Source of the DNA: Callorhinchus milii
Taxonomy: Eukaryota
NCBI RefSeq assembly: GCF_018977255.1
Contig: NW_024704742.1
Location: 29,080,001-29,144,000 of the forward strand
Direction of reading: 5' to 3'
Length of the DNA stretch: 64,000 nt
The position numbers and the translations under genes are program-made. Position 1 is the first letter of the stretch, and every line of letters starts with the position of its first letter. Below are positions 25,401 to 37,331 of the stretch, in pieces. The notes under the pieces were generated by a model. It had not been told where the DNA came from. It did not search any database and worked only from the letters and a program-made list of their open reading frames with translations.

Positions 25401-27475
25401 ATAACCATGGGAATATGGGAATTAAGAGCAGAAGTAGGCCATTCGGCCCCTCGAGTCTGCTCCGCCATTCAATAAGATCATGGCTGATTTTGTAACCTAA
25501 CTCCATCTGCCGGCCTTATCCCCATATCCTTTAATCCCTTTAGAAATCTATTAATCTCATCTTTGATTATGGTCAAGGCTGAGCATCTACAGCCTTCTGG
25601 GGTAAAGAATTCTATAAATTCATTGCCCCCTGAATGAAGAAGTGTTTCTTCAACTCTGTTCGAAAGGGCTGTCCTTTAATCTTAAGACTGTGACCCCTAG
25701 TTATAGATTCTCCTACCAGGGATACAGTCTCACGCTGTCTACTCTGTCAAGCCCCATAAGAATCTTATATGTTTCTATAAGATCACCCCTAATTCTTCTA
25801 TATTCTAGAGAATATAGGCCTAGTTTACTCCACCTATTCTCATAGGTCAGCCCCCTCATCCCAGGAGCGAACCTAGTGAATCTACGCTGCACCTCTCTAA
25901 GGCGAGTATGTCCTTTCTTAAATAAGGAGACCAAAACTGCACACAATATTCTAGGTGCGGTCTCACCAGGGCCCTATACAGTTGCAGCAAGACTTCGCTA
26001 CTCTTGTATTCTAACCCTTTGGCAATAAACACCAACATGCAATTCGCCTACCTAGTTGCTTGCTGTACCTGCATACTAACTTGTTGTGACTGGTGTACAA
26101 GGACACCCAAATCCCTCTGAACACTAACACTATCTAGTCTCTCCCCCTCTAGAAAATAATCTGCTTTTCTGTTTTTACTACCTAGCTGAATAACTTCACA
26201 CTTCCCCACATTATATTCCATCTGCCACATTCTTGCGCACTCACCTAGCCTATCTATCCCTTTGCAATCTTTTTGTGTCATCCTCAGCACTTACTCTCTC
26301 TCACATAGCTTAGTATCATCCGCGCAGTTAGATATTTTAAATTCTATGTCCTCATCTAGATCATTGATATAGATTGTAAATAGTTGAGGCCCAAGCACTG
26401 ATCCTTGTGGCTCTCTACTAGTCACATCCTGCCAATCTGAGAAGGACCCGTTTATCCCTACTCTGTTTTCTTCCCGTTAGCCACTCTTCGATCCATGCTA
26501 ATATATTGCCTTTAATTCCATGGGCCCTAATCTTGTGTGGCAGCCTTTTTTGTGGCACCTTGTCGAATGCCTTCCGAAAATCTAAATATAGTACATCTAC
26601 TGGTTCCCCCCTATCTAACCTGCTAGTTACATCCTCAAAAAACTAAAATATTTGTTAAGCATGACTTCCCTTTTGTTAAGCCATGTTGTCTCTGCCTAAT
26701 CATGTTATGATCTTCTAAGTACCCCACTACAACGTCCCTAATTAAGGATTCTAGAATTTTCCCTACCACCGATGTCAGACTAACTGGTCTATAGTTCCCC
26801 ATCTTCTCTCTCCCACCCTTCTTAAATAGTGGTGTTACGTTTGCGATCTTCCAATCAATGAGAACCGTTCCAGAATCCAGAGAATTTTGGAAGATCAAAA
26901 ACAAGGCATCCACTATCTCAGCAGCCACCTCTTTTAAAACCCTAGGATGCAGGCGATCAGGTCCAGAGGATTTGTCATTTTTCAATCCCAACAGTTTCCA
27001 AAGTACTAATTCTTTACTGATGTTAATTTCCCTAAAGTGCTCACTAACATTAGCTTCTTGGTTCCCCTCTATTTTTGGTAGGTTTTCAGTGTCTTCTAAT
27101 GTGAAGACAGAAGCAAAGTATTTGTTTAATGACTCTGCCATATCTTTATCCCCCATTATAATTCCTCCTGTTTCTGCCTGTAATGGACCCACATTCACTT
27201 TTGCTAGTCTCTTCCACTTCATGTATTTGTAAAAACTCTTGCAGTCTGTCTTTATGTTTCTAGCTAGTTTGCCCGGATAATCCATTTTTTCCCTCCTAAT
27301 CAGTTTCTCAGTTTTTCTTTGTTCGTCTCTGAATCCCCTCCTAATCCTCGGGTTTACTGCTTTTTTTGGCAGTATTATAGGTCTCTTCGTTTAATTTTAT
27401 ACTTTCCCTAACTGCTCTAGTTAGCTATGGTTGAACCACTTTTCCCGTGGTATTTTTGTTCCTCAAGGGAATATG
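25401..27475 (-). mobile_element. CR1 LINE, about 2.1 kb, 5'-truncated; ORF2 reverse transcriptase pseudogene
   Basis: ORF pieces KSSGPDRLHPRVLKE, DWKIANVTPLFKKG, NYRPVSLTSVVGK, QHGLTKGKSCLTN, ADDTK, WQMEYNVGKC, RPHLEYCVQFWSP, RGDLIETYKI; several frameshifts and stops. Confidence 0.95.
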
Positions 27476-27480
27476 TGATC

Positions 27481-28047
27481 GGGGAGTCCTTGGAGCTGAA
27501 CTGGCTCCAAGGTGACATGCTTAACAACAGAATGTCGGAATCGAGCTAGCATTCTGTTGCGGTCTCGGTAGTCCGGTTCCTGAGCCAGGCGGATCCACAG
27601 TATTCCAGGGACTGCTGATGTCAGCACAGATAGCCTGGCTTATCAACAGGACTTGGAAGGGCAGACCAGTCACTGGTGGTAGGAAATCATCCCACGCCAC
27701 TCCTGTTAACCCTGCAAGCCTAGCTGGACAAGCAGCAGCAGGAAAGCTTGCCAGACAGCAATATCAACGGCAAGCTACGTGGTTTTAGCTGGTTAGACTC
27801 CAGCAGTACCCCAACGCACACCCTGAGGTCCCCAAGCCTTGGCGTCTGCTAACCTACGCTTAATACTTTCCGGAATTAGGTAAGCAGGATCTGTCCCTCC
27901 GGGGGGAGAGTGCGCATTGCAATCCGACAATCTATCTCTGAGATATCCCTGCGTACATGGGATGTATGGAATTCTCAGCTTGGCTTGATACTCTTAAGCA
28001 TGGTGATGGGATTCCACATGTGCCAGACACCCGGCTGAACAAAAAAA
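27481..28047 (+). mobile_element. Unclassified ~570-nt structured poly(A)-tailed retroposon, apparently full length
   Basis: About 9 homologous copies in the window; starts GGGG then a 9-bp hairpin; ends GGCTGAAC(A)7; no long ORF. Confidence 0.8.
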
Positions 28048-28239
28048 TCTCTGCAGGAGGCCCTGCTTGCCTCCCCCAAGGAGGATATTTACTAGTTGGT
28101 CAAGTCACCTCAGGAATGGAATGATCAAATGCAAAGTAATGGTTCCCTCCTTCTGTTCCAACAATTTATGGTAGCTTCAATCCCTGCATGAGCACCCCCT
28201 ACTGCGCCAGTATCATATTTTCCCCTTTCACTCCACCCT

Positions 28240-28460
28240 CACTTATACAAATCCCACATGCCCTCATCCCTCGCTACCTCTGTAACCCTCTTTCCTACTC
28301 AATTACTCTGCACAGATAACTTGGGCCTCCTGTTCATTCCTCTCCCCAATCTGCATTACCTTCACAAGCCTAGACTCCAACCACTACCCTCTGGAACTCC
28401 ATCTCTAATTCACTCTGCCTCACCTTCCGCTGTTTACCTTTAAAAGCCACCTTACTCAAC
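28240..28460 (+). mobile_element. Old L2 3' remnant
   Basis: ACCCTCTGGAACTCC..TTTAAAAGCCACCTTA. Confidence 0.5.
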
Positions 28461-29477
28461 AATTATCTGCACAACTCATTTCCAGTTTTCCTGCTTCAAT
28501 TTAATTTGTTTTAACTAACTTATTATTACAAGTTACAATAGATCTAAAAATAAAATAATAATATTATTATTAATCCTTGCATTTTGTAAACTGCCTTTCA
28601 AATATTGGGAGGAAGTTTCAAAGCGCTTCACAGGATTTGCTGTTAGCAACAACAAATTGCATTTATATAGGACCTTTCACATTCCAAATTAGGTATTGTG
28701 ATTGTGTATTTTGTTGACAAATGCTAATCAGAAGTAGTTTAATTACTCAGTTTAGTTACTGTGAAAAGTACCTTCAAACTGGAAGTTCAAATACAATCTA
28801 GCAAGAATTGTATGGATTGATGCTTCCCAAGCATTAGTAGATGGAACTCCTACCAAGCCAGGACTGTCAAACGCCTTGGGATGTCCCGATGGGAAAGGTG
28901 CTATATAAATGTAAATTTGTATTGTATTGGAAAGCTGTAAGAAAATGTCATTACATGTACAAAAGTGTGATGAACCAAGAAGGCACAGAGTCCAATAATG
29001 GTTGAACCACAGTAATATCTGCAATCTGGTTATGACAATGTTTGCACAATAACTTTGAAACATCTTCCTCAAACAACTTGGCCTTGAGTAAACAACTTAA
29101 TAAAAGTGTAACAGGCTTGGAGTAGGAAGGTAATGGATATTGTTTCTGTAAATAGCCAAGCATGAACAGGGCTTGTGCTCAGTAAGTACAATGAACTGTC
29201 ATAAGGCAGAGAACCCAAGGGTGTGATTTCTCTACTACCAGTAATGTTTTTGTGCGAATGCTGTGTTCATCAAGGTGAGGGTTGTTAGTGCTATGGCATG
29301 TGGTAATTGGCCATCTAGGCGTTAATGTACATTTGCACCATTTTAATAATGGCTCATAAATTCCTACCCAGGTTTAACATGTCTGTAAATCTTTTACACT
29401 TGTAGAATAAAAATGGCAATTTAACCAAATAATGGGTAGGGGGGGAGGGAAATTAAAATGAGTCACCCTGTAAATTC

Positions 29478-29590
29478 CTTTCGCCCACAAATATACGGTC
29501 AATTCACTTTAAAGCATATTCTGTGAAGCGCTTTGAGACATCTAGAAGACGTGAAAAGTGCTATATCAAATGCAAGGATTATTATTATAA
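29478..29590 (+). mobile_element. SINE 3' part
   Basis: GTGAAGCGCTTTGAGAC..CTATATCAAATGCAAGGATTATT. Confidence 0.8.
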
Positions 29591-29689
29591 TTCTGAATAT
29601 TTATATGGTGTGCACTACTGGAATTGTAAGTCACACTTGGACCAGGCCTAAATCTGTGCCAGCAGTATGAAAGTTCTTAATTTCATGTA

Positions 29690-29990
29690 AATAATAATGA
29701 GCCTTGTATTTGATGTAGCATCTATGACATCGTAATGTCTCAAAATGTTTTATGAGGAATTACTGTTAAGTGTCGTGACTGTTTTGAAGGCAAAAATGGC
29801 AAGCATTTTGCATATAGCAAAGACCCACAACAAGTCATGAGGTGAATGACTGCTTAAACTGAATGATTGTTGGTCAGGATACCTGGAGAAACTCCCTTCT
29901 CTTTCTGATTGTTCTCATGGGATCTTTAATATCCATCTGAACAGGAAGACAGGATCTTGGTTTAAAGTCTCATCCAAACAATAACACCTC
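29690..29990 (-). mobile_element. Deu-domain SINE, degraded
   Basis: GGAGAAACTCCCTTCTCTT..CATGGGATCTTTAA..CTGAACAGG on +. Confidence 0.7.
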
Positions 29991-30084
29991 CTCTAATACA
30001 GATCCAAATTCTCTTCTACTTTGTGTCTTGTTTAGAAACATATGATGTTGATATATTATATTGATGTATGATGCGTACAAATCT

Positions 30085-30490
30085 ATGAGGGATAAATAGG
30101 GAGAAGCTATTTCCATTGCTTTGGGAGTCAGTGACTAGATGACTAGATAAAGTTTGCAGCGTTATGGGTTAAGAGTGGGGGAGTGGGACTAGTTGATAGC
30201 TTTTCAAAGAGCAGCACAGGCATGATAGGCTGAATGGCCTCCTTCTGTGCTGTAAGATTCTATGATTCTATTAGCAAAAAGGAGAATTTTGGAGAATTTA
30301 TTTTTCACAGAGAGGTTTTGGTGGTAGAGGCACAAACCAACACGGTATGTGGTATAAGTATCTGAAAGTTAGAGGCTTGAAGGAGTATGGAGGTAGGATA
30401 GTGCTGTGAGATTGAATGATAACTTTGCTCTGAAAGCTAATGCAGACTCAATGGTCTGAATGATCTCCTTCTGGGCTATAAATTTCTTTG
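30085..30490 (+). mobile_element. Two adjacent CR1 3' remnants
   Basis: GGCTGAATGGCCTCCTTCTGTGCTGTAAGATTCTATGATTCTA tail at about 30230-30270; second tail at about 30450-30490. Confidence 0.7.
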
Positions 30491-31084
30491 ATGAGTTTCT
30501 AAAAACTATATCCTGCTGCCTAATACTGCTATCTTGCATCCCGAACACACAGATTTGCTCAACCAAAAAGCAAAAGTTGATTAAAATTATTCCTGGTTTA
30601 TGGTATTTCAGGCTGTGGTTTGTGGAGAAATCAGAGCGTTGTTCTCTCATCCATTTACTTTACATTTAACATTCTTCATATGGTACCAATTATAACTGAA
30701 GCCCCACCAATATGTTGATCTGTTACTTATTGGTAATGCAGCACAGTTGCCCAATCTTTTAAGCATTTTCTTTGACTGAAGCTAATCAAGGGAGATCAAA
30801 CCCTGGCAAAAACAAATTGACAATTACTTTCCCTGGCATGTGCAGAGTGACTTGTAAAACTATTTTAGAAAATGGAGGTCATAATTTTGAATGTAAAATT
30901 ATTCCTGCCACAACTTAAGGATCATCTTTATCCTTCATTTGGAAATAACAAAATGGTTATCATGACCCTGAATTCAATTGCCCCCAACTTGATTTCAAAA
31001 CCCAAATGATTACTTGTCTTATTATAACTAAAAGTCAGAATTTTTTAAATACTTTGTTCAAGTTTCCATTATTCAGTGGGGTGT

Positions 31085-31300
31085 TGTGTTCTTCTTCGAG
31101 AGAGCCAAGCCTGGTCCCAACAGACACATGCAGACACTATCTATGAGTGATAACAGCATAACTTGCACAAGTCAGAGAATGCCAGCTGATCATCTCCTCC
31201 TTAGTCCAGGAATGCTGAGGGCAATTAGAGGAGTGCCCCACTGAGATCAGCTCAACACATATCAGTGAATAAATCCAGGGCATTTCTGGTCTGCACTGCA
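31085..31300 (-). mobile_element. Ancient SINE remnant, MER131-like
   Basis: Minus strand CAGACCAGAAATGCCC..GAGCTGATCTCAG..AATTGCCCTCAGC..CCTGGACTAAGGAGG resembles my recollection of MER131; not searched. Confidence 0.4.
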
Positions 31301-31989
31301 CCAATAAATTAAGGAAGGCTTTAAGGAAAATCTAAGCATTTTACCACCAACGCAAATTTAGTCCGATGTGTTGAAGTTTCCTCAGTTCAAAAATCTCTGC
31401 ATGATTTCTAACACATCCACAGAATTTCGTTCCAGGGTGTTAATAACAGCCCTAGGTCATTGAGTGAAGCAAGAAGGATAACTTGGGTTTTCTGTATCTG
31501 TACGCAGGGCATAAATGGTCTTCAAAGGAAACACTGACAGATATGCCTGCTCAGAGGCTGTTTCAGCCGCAGCAAAATTCCATTTACCTCCCCAATCAAG
31601 GAAAGATTTGCAGTCACGACATTCATTTATCAGTGTTGAAAGGTACAGATCCATTGAGATTCGAGCTCTCTAAACCAGATATGCGCCAGGCAGTATTGGA
31701 ATCTTCTGAGCTACTCAGGATCCGGGTATCGCAAATGGGGCCATTTTCAGTTATTTATCCCAATTAAAATAGGTCTTTGTGAAAGAAAGGATCTATCAAG
31801 CCAAAAATAGCAACATTTTTTTCAATGACTTCATTGTAAAATTTCCCATTAAAATAATGTCCTGAAAGATCAAGTAAATTGGGCACAAACAAATGCTAAA
31901 CCCTTTTAAATAGAAAGATTCTTCCTGTACATATATTTATATCTTGGTGGGTTGTAAGTAGGAAATAGACAGGAATATGAAATTTGGAA

Positions 31990-32117
31990 GGCTTGAAAGG
32001 TTCGGGGGATAAGACAGGGAAGTGGGATTGAATGAACAGCTTTCTCTGAGGGCTGGTGTAGACTCAATGGTTTGAATGGCCTCCTTCTGCACTGTAAATA
32101 TCTACAATTCTATGATA
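31990..32117 (+). mobile_element. CR1 3' end remnant
   Basis: GAATGGCCTCCTTCTGCACTGTAA..ATTCTATGAT. Confidence 0.65.
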
Positions 32118-34879
32118 GTCATCTGGTCTATTCCAACTAAAGTTGTAAGAGATACCCAAAATCTCTTAAGCCTTTGGGTGAGAGTATGCCGGACCCTTGG
32201 TTCTGTGTATATATGAGAGGGAGATAAATATGACAGTTCACCTGCAAGTATACACTAGATAATTGATTGTCAAATGAGGGTTAGATTTAGATTACATATG
32301 GGGGGAAGACTGACTAATGGATTTGATTGTTAGTGACAGTATAAAACTGCACATCTGACCAATTATAGACTTGTGCAATATGGCTTCATCTTTAGATTTA
32401 TAAAAACAAAATCTTACACCTCTTTAATTGCTAACAAACCTAAATATTTCTCCCAAGCTAAGATTGTTGAGTCCTTGTGTTGCTCTGTTATTCTGACACT
32501 TTCAGGGATTATTTAAGAACCTAATTCTACCTCATCACAGAAAGCCAGTTATGACTTCTGCCAGTTCATTTTAGCAAAGTTAATCCTTTCTCGTAGTTAT
32601 ACTAATTTGATTTCTGTTGAATTTCTTTCTGTCCCATTGCAGATGACCTTGCGGTCGGCATACACAACCTCTATAGATTCTTATTGCCTGCCAGTTGTTT
32701 CCTGATTGAGAAAGGTCCACATTTGTTTATTCATCTGCCATTGAATTCTTGCAATTTGAACCTCCATTTACCTAGCAAGTGGTGCAATATTGTCCTTTGT
32801 TGCAGTTATTCCCTCACCACAATCTACCTTCCACAATCATATGAAAGCGCACCAAACATTTGTTTCCAACACTTCAGTTATTGTTCCCAAACTTAGTCTA
32901 GTCCAGTAACAGGTAATTCTTTTAACATTTCGTCCAGTAAATCATTACTTGCCACAACCAAGACTAAAACCTAGCAGAAATGTCTTGATCCAATAATATC
33001 ATTTAGAATGGACAGAATGAAAGAGCCCAAGGTCAAACTGTGGCCTTAGCAATGACTTTGTGTCACCTATATTTATCTTTCTTTCAAGAGTGGGCATTTG
33101 TATTATATCTGTTTGGGTGTGATTAGATCTGAGGTCCCAGTGCTGAGAGAAGTATGTAGTAATCCATTTTACCCTCTAGATGTATCAGCAGAATCTTATC
33201 ATTTTCAGCTGTTCAGTTGCTCCCAGGACCTTCACCATCTATCTTTTTCCAGTCATGTCTATTTTACAGTTTGGATCTTCTCATTTACTTACATTATATT
33301 TCCTTTGGGGTCCAAGAGCAAATGAACTCTTCCCTGTACAATCACCCTTCAACTGCATTAAATACCCCACTACAGTACTTCAAGTTGATCCTCACACTGT
33401 ATAGGATAGCGGCAGGTCTGTTTGGGATTTGCACTGGGTATCGTGCAGATGTCCTTCAGTTCTCCCAAGTGTAAGAGAAATTACTTCACATCAATCACTT
33501 ATAACTACTCACCATATAAATGAGACCTCAACCACTCACTATCTACTTTCGAGGGCTGCCTGCACCCAGTCAGAAAGTGTTTGCCTCAGCAATATTGAAG
33601 GAATCTGGTTCATATATAATGGTTTTGATAAAATATAAATTTTAATATTGCAAAAAATGCAATATCTCTGAAAGTTAAGATTTGTAAAGTACTAAATAAA
33701 TCCCTACTAATTAATCCTACTAATTGCAGATTCCAACTGTGTTTTCAGATAGATTCGCTGATGTTCTCAGAAGATGAAGGTTATTTCTCCCAGAAGACAA
33801 AGTGAATAATGTTTATACTATTGGGAAATGATGGGAGTGATTGCAGGGGTTAATGAACCAGGACCTCTCTATTGTCTCCAGAGTAGAACTATCCAACATA
33901 GGGTGAAAGAACATTCCCTTTGTGAAACAAATCTTTGGCAATGTTTTCAAACACGCAATTTGTTATGATGGGATTTTGCATCATAAGCAACCAATGGAAA
34001 CTCCCCGGGGTCAAAATTTCATATACCCCACTGGATCCTATAGAAAGCAAAGGTTATTTCTAGGAAGTCATCATCTCCTAAGGGTGAACAAGCTATTTTA
34101 CAAGTCTTTTTGGGGATAATGCGATAAAATGTTGTGCCTTTTTGAACAATTCTCTCTCTCTCTCTTGCTCTGTATTACCATGTTTTCCTACTAATCTATT
34201 GGCAGCTTAATGTTTTGTGAATTGGTAGTAACACTATACCTGGTGTCTTCTGCAAACCAAATGAAGAACCAAATTATTTGTACTTTGAATTCACTTATCT
34301 TTGTTCCTCACTCCATCTTACAAGATAAAGAGTGAGAAAATGTTGATCAGTCCAAGGTGCCCAAGCTTCTACAGATTGTGCACAATTTGCACCCTTCAAT
34401 CTGATGAGAAAAATAAAACCTTCAAGAAGATATCACTCTGCAAAACATCAAGTTGATCACTTGGACAACATTGAGACTGCAACAAACTGCAACATCTCTG
34501 CTTGCAATTACAACCACCGTTTATCAACCTCACAAACTGCATTTCACAGATGGTGTTCCCAGTCGAGACAGTGTCCCTGTGGGAATGAGACCATAGTGTT
34601 CCATGAAGTATCTGACCCACTAGATCTATGCTTATCTCTTGTAGCCCTCACTCTCACTGTATGTCTTTATTGATTGTAATCGACCCATGTCACAAAATAC
34701 TAACTAAAATACAACAGAGTCTGCAACCTTCAAATGAACCAGAATTTTTCTTTTAAAAAAAGAGGATGGTGACATTCCCTCTTTAATGTCCTTCCAAAGT
34801 TTTGGCAAGCTATTGGTGCATTCTTTGTCAACGTGAAATTCATTTCAATGTTTTTTTATAATAAGGGCTTGACTGTGTA

Positions 34880-34993
34880 CTATAAATACACAGTCAATCC
34901 ACTTTACAATATATCCTATGAAGCGCTTTGAGATGTCTCGATGATGTGATAAGGTGCTATATCAAATGCAAGGATATTATTATTATTATTATT
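34880..34993 (+). mobile_element. SINE 3' part
   Basis: Shared L2-like tail plus (ATT)n. Confidence 0.8.
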
Positions 34994-35347
34994 TGAGATA
35001 ACATTTGGTCATTGACATAGATGTTACTTTCATATCCCATTTTTTTGAGACCACAACTCAAGATACTGCCACTTGAGACCCACATTTAGCTTTTGTAAAT
35101 GCTAGTACTGTTTCACGCCCCATGTCGGGATTTGGGGATCAAATAGTTAAGGTGACACTCCAATGCAGAATTAGTAGGTGTGCTGTGCTATTAGAGGTGC
35201 CATCATTTGGATCTTTTGCCATCTATCGAGGTCAATCTGCCTGTTCAGAGGACCTTAAAGATCCCATTGCATACTTTGAAAAGAGAAGAGAGTTTCTCCT
35301 GGTATCCTGACCAACAATCCCCTAGCTAAAGCTCCAGCTAAAATTAA

Positions 35348-36237
35348 GGGGGGGTCTCCTTGGAGCTGAACTGGCTCCAAGGAAGGTGACATGCTTATCA
35401 AAGAAATGTCAGAATCGAGCCAACCTTCTGTGGCAGTCTCGGTAGTCCAGTTCCTGAACCAGGTGGGTCCGCAGTATTCTACAGCACTGCTGATGAGAAC
35501 ACAGCCAGTCTGACTCATCTGCAGGAACTGGAAGCATAGACCAATCACTGGAGTAGGTCATCCCACTCAGCTCCTGTTAACCCTGCAAGCCAAAGCCCTA
35601 ATGGCTAGGGTGATCCTAGCTGGACAAGCAGTGGGAAAGCTTGACAGACAGCGATTTCACCGGCAAGCTTTGCGGTTTTAGCTGGTTAGACACCAGGAGT
35701 ACCCCAATGGACACTCTGGGGTCCCCAAACCTTGGCTCCTGTGGAGTCCTGTAGCTCAGTGATTAGAGCACTCGCTTTGCAAGTGAGAGACCTGAGTTCA
35801 ATTCCAGGCAGGGCGAAACCTTGGGCAAGTTTCCTTACTCCACACGCCTAATAATAATCCCTCCAAAAAATAAAGCAATTGGTCACTTTCAATCCATGAC
35901 TGTTTGTGGGACACTGCTGTGCGCAATTGGATGCCGCGTTCGCCCACAAATATACAGTCAATTCACTTTACAGTATATTCTGTGAAGCGCTTTGGGACAT
36001 CTAGAAGACGTGAAAAGCGCTATATCAAATGCAAGGATTATTATTATTATGACCTTCCTGAGCCTAATACTTTCCAGAATTAGGTAAGCAGGATGTGTGC
36101 CTCCAGGGAGAGAGTGCGCATTACATTCCAACAATCTATCTCCGGAATGTGAATGTCTAGGTGGGACGCATGGAATTCTCAGTTTGGTTTGGATACTCTT
36201 AAGCTTGGTGATAGGTTTCCGCATGTGACCCAAAAAA
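35348..36237 (+). mobile_element. Unclassified structured retroposon, full length, split by a SINE
   Basis: Same 5' start as the 27481 copy; ends in an A-run at 36232-36237; flanked by TSD. Confidence 0.8.
35741..36050 (+). mobile_element. tRNA-Ala/CORE-like SINE, well-preserved copy
   Basis: A-box-like TAGCTCAGTGA, anticodon arm CTCGC-TTTGCAA-GTGAG, B-box GTTCAATTCC, CCTTGGGCAAGT, (ATT)n tail. Confidence 0.9.
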
Positions 36238-37331
36238 CTAAAATTGATCATTCACTACAAGGCTATCTGTGAGACATTGCTGTGCGTAAATTTTCTGCCA
36301 TGTTCTTCCACAAAACACACAGTCATTACACTCCACAATATATCCTGTGAAGCGCTTTGAGACGTCCTCCTGAGATGAAAGTCACTATGTTAAATGCAAA
36401 GATTATTGCTATTACTGATTTATGCTATGATTTATAACGTGTGTGACTTGACTTCACACAGGAATGGTTATTGATGGCATAATAATAATATTAATAATAA
36501 TAATCCTTGCATTTGATAGGGCCCTTATCACGCCGTTGAGACTCTCACACTTTATACAAGTATCTCTCTGGATCTTTCAAAGACCTTAAACGGGAAGCTG
36601 TAAAAAGAGAAGTCCCTCTGCACAAACTTATGTTGCATTGACTTTGATACAGAGAGACAGATGCTGCTGCTCAGTGGTCCCGCAGGCTCTTATAGCAATG
36701 CACTTACTCACAGTGAAGAGAGCTGGAGACCGATTAGGTCTGCCATGATTTTTGAATCAAGTCTCCTGTAAAACCACGGCTGCCATGATTAGCCTGCCAC
36801 AGCAGTCACTAAAAACAAACACGCTGCTATATCAGCAGCTAGGAACCATACACAGCAATCTCTCCTATCATTCTTTTATTGCTGTGAATAAAGAGAAAAT
36901 CGATGACAAAGGGTTTTTAATTCTAAAAATCCAGCCTCAGCAAAACCCTGCAATGACATTAAGGCACCAACGTGGAGTGTTATACTAGTCCGGGTGCCCA
37001 AATCCAGGCATTTTCAATCCCAGTTATTATCCTGAATCTGTAAAGTGGATTTCAGTCATTCAAGTTTGTTCCATCAATGAAAGGGCACAATGAGAGGTTA
37101 CATGAATCACAGTGAGTTAAAGGCACAGTTTCTGGACAGAACAAGGATTCCAGATATACAGTACAACAGAACTATAGGGGTGGCATTTACAGTATTCCTT
37201 AATACATTCCTTGACTTACTTAAAGAACATCAGGAGTGACCCTCTCTAGGAAAGAGGCCTGCTCTTCTTAGTATCCTTTGGATGCTATTTGCTCAGAGCC
37301 TGAAGTTAAGGAACACTTTAACCCATTTAAA

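Larger units (their letters stand above)
35120..36415 (+). mobile_element. Deu-domain SINE host (about 35120-35347 plus 36238-36415), split by nested insertions
   Basis: The two halves join into a continuous SINE once the insert is removed; TSD CTAAAATT at 35338 and 36238. Confidence 0.75.

Noticed and set aside
26635..27285. 216-aa ORF as a gene
   Set aside because: Part of a frameshifted, 5'-truncated CR1 ORF2.
27481..28047. Telomerase RNA, 7SK or 7SL identity for the ~570-nt element
   Set aside because: No CTAACCCTAA template near the 5' end and no similarity to the 7SK/7SL sequences I recall; an Rfam search is still warranted.
32610..32715. + strand exon after the strong acceptor TTTCTTTCTGTCCCATTGCAG
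   Set aside because: Only a weak donor (GTCCAC) follows and the peptide is unrecognised.
34404..34673. 89-aa Cys/His-containing ORF
   Set aside because: No recognisable motif spacing and no convincing splice context.
35490..35530. CTGATGAG as a hammerhead core in the unclassified retroposon
   Set aside because: No GAAA after a stem, and the motif is not kept in the 27481 copy.
35741..35815. tRNA-Ala gene (also 49012-49080, 8295-8360, 62215-62285)
   Set aside because: These are SINE heads: they continue into SINE body sequence, the acceptor stem is poor and there is no terminator.
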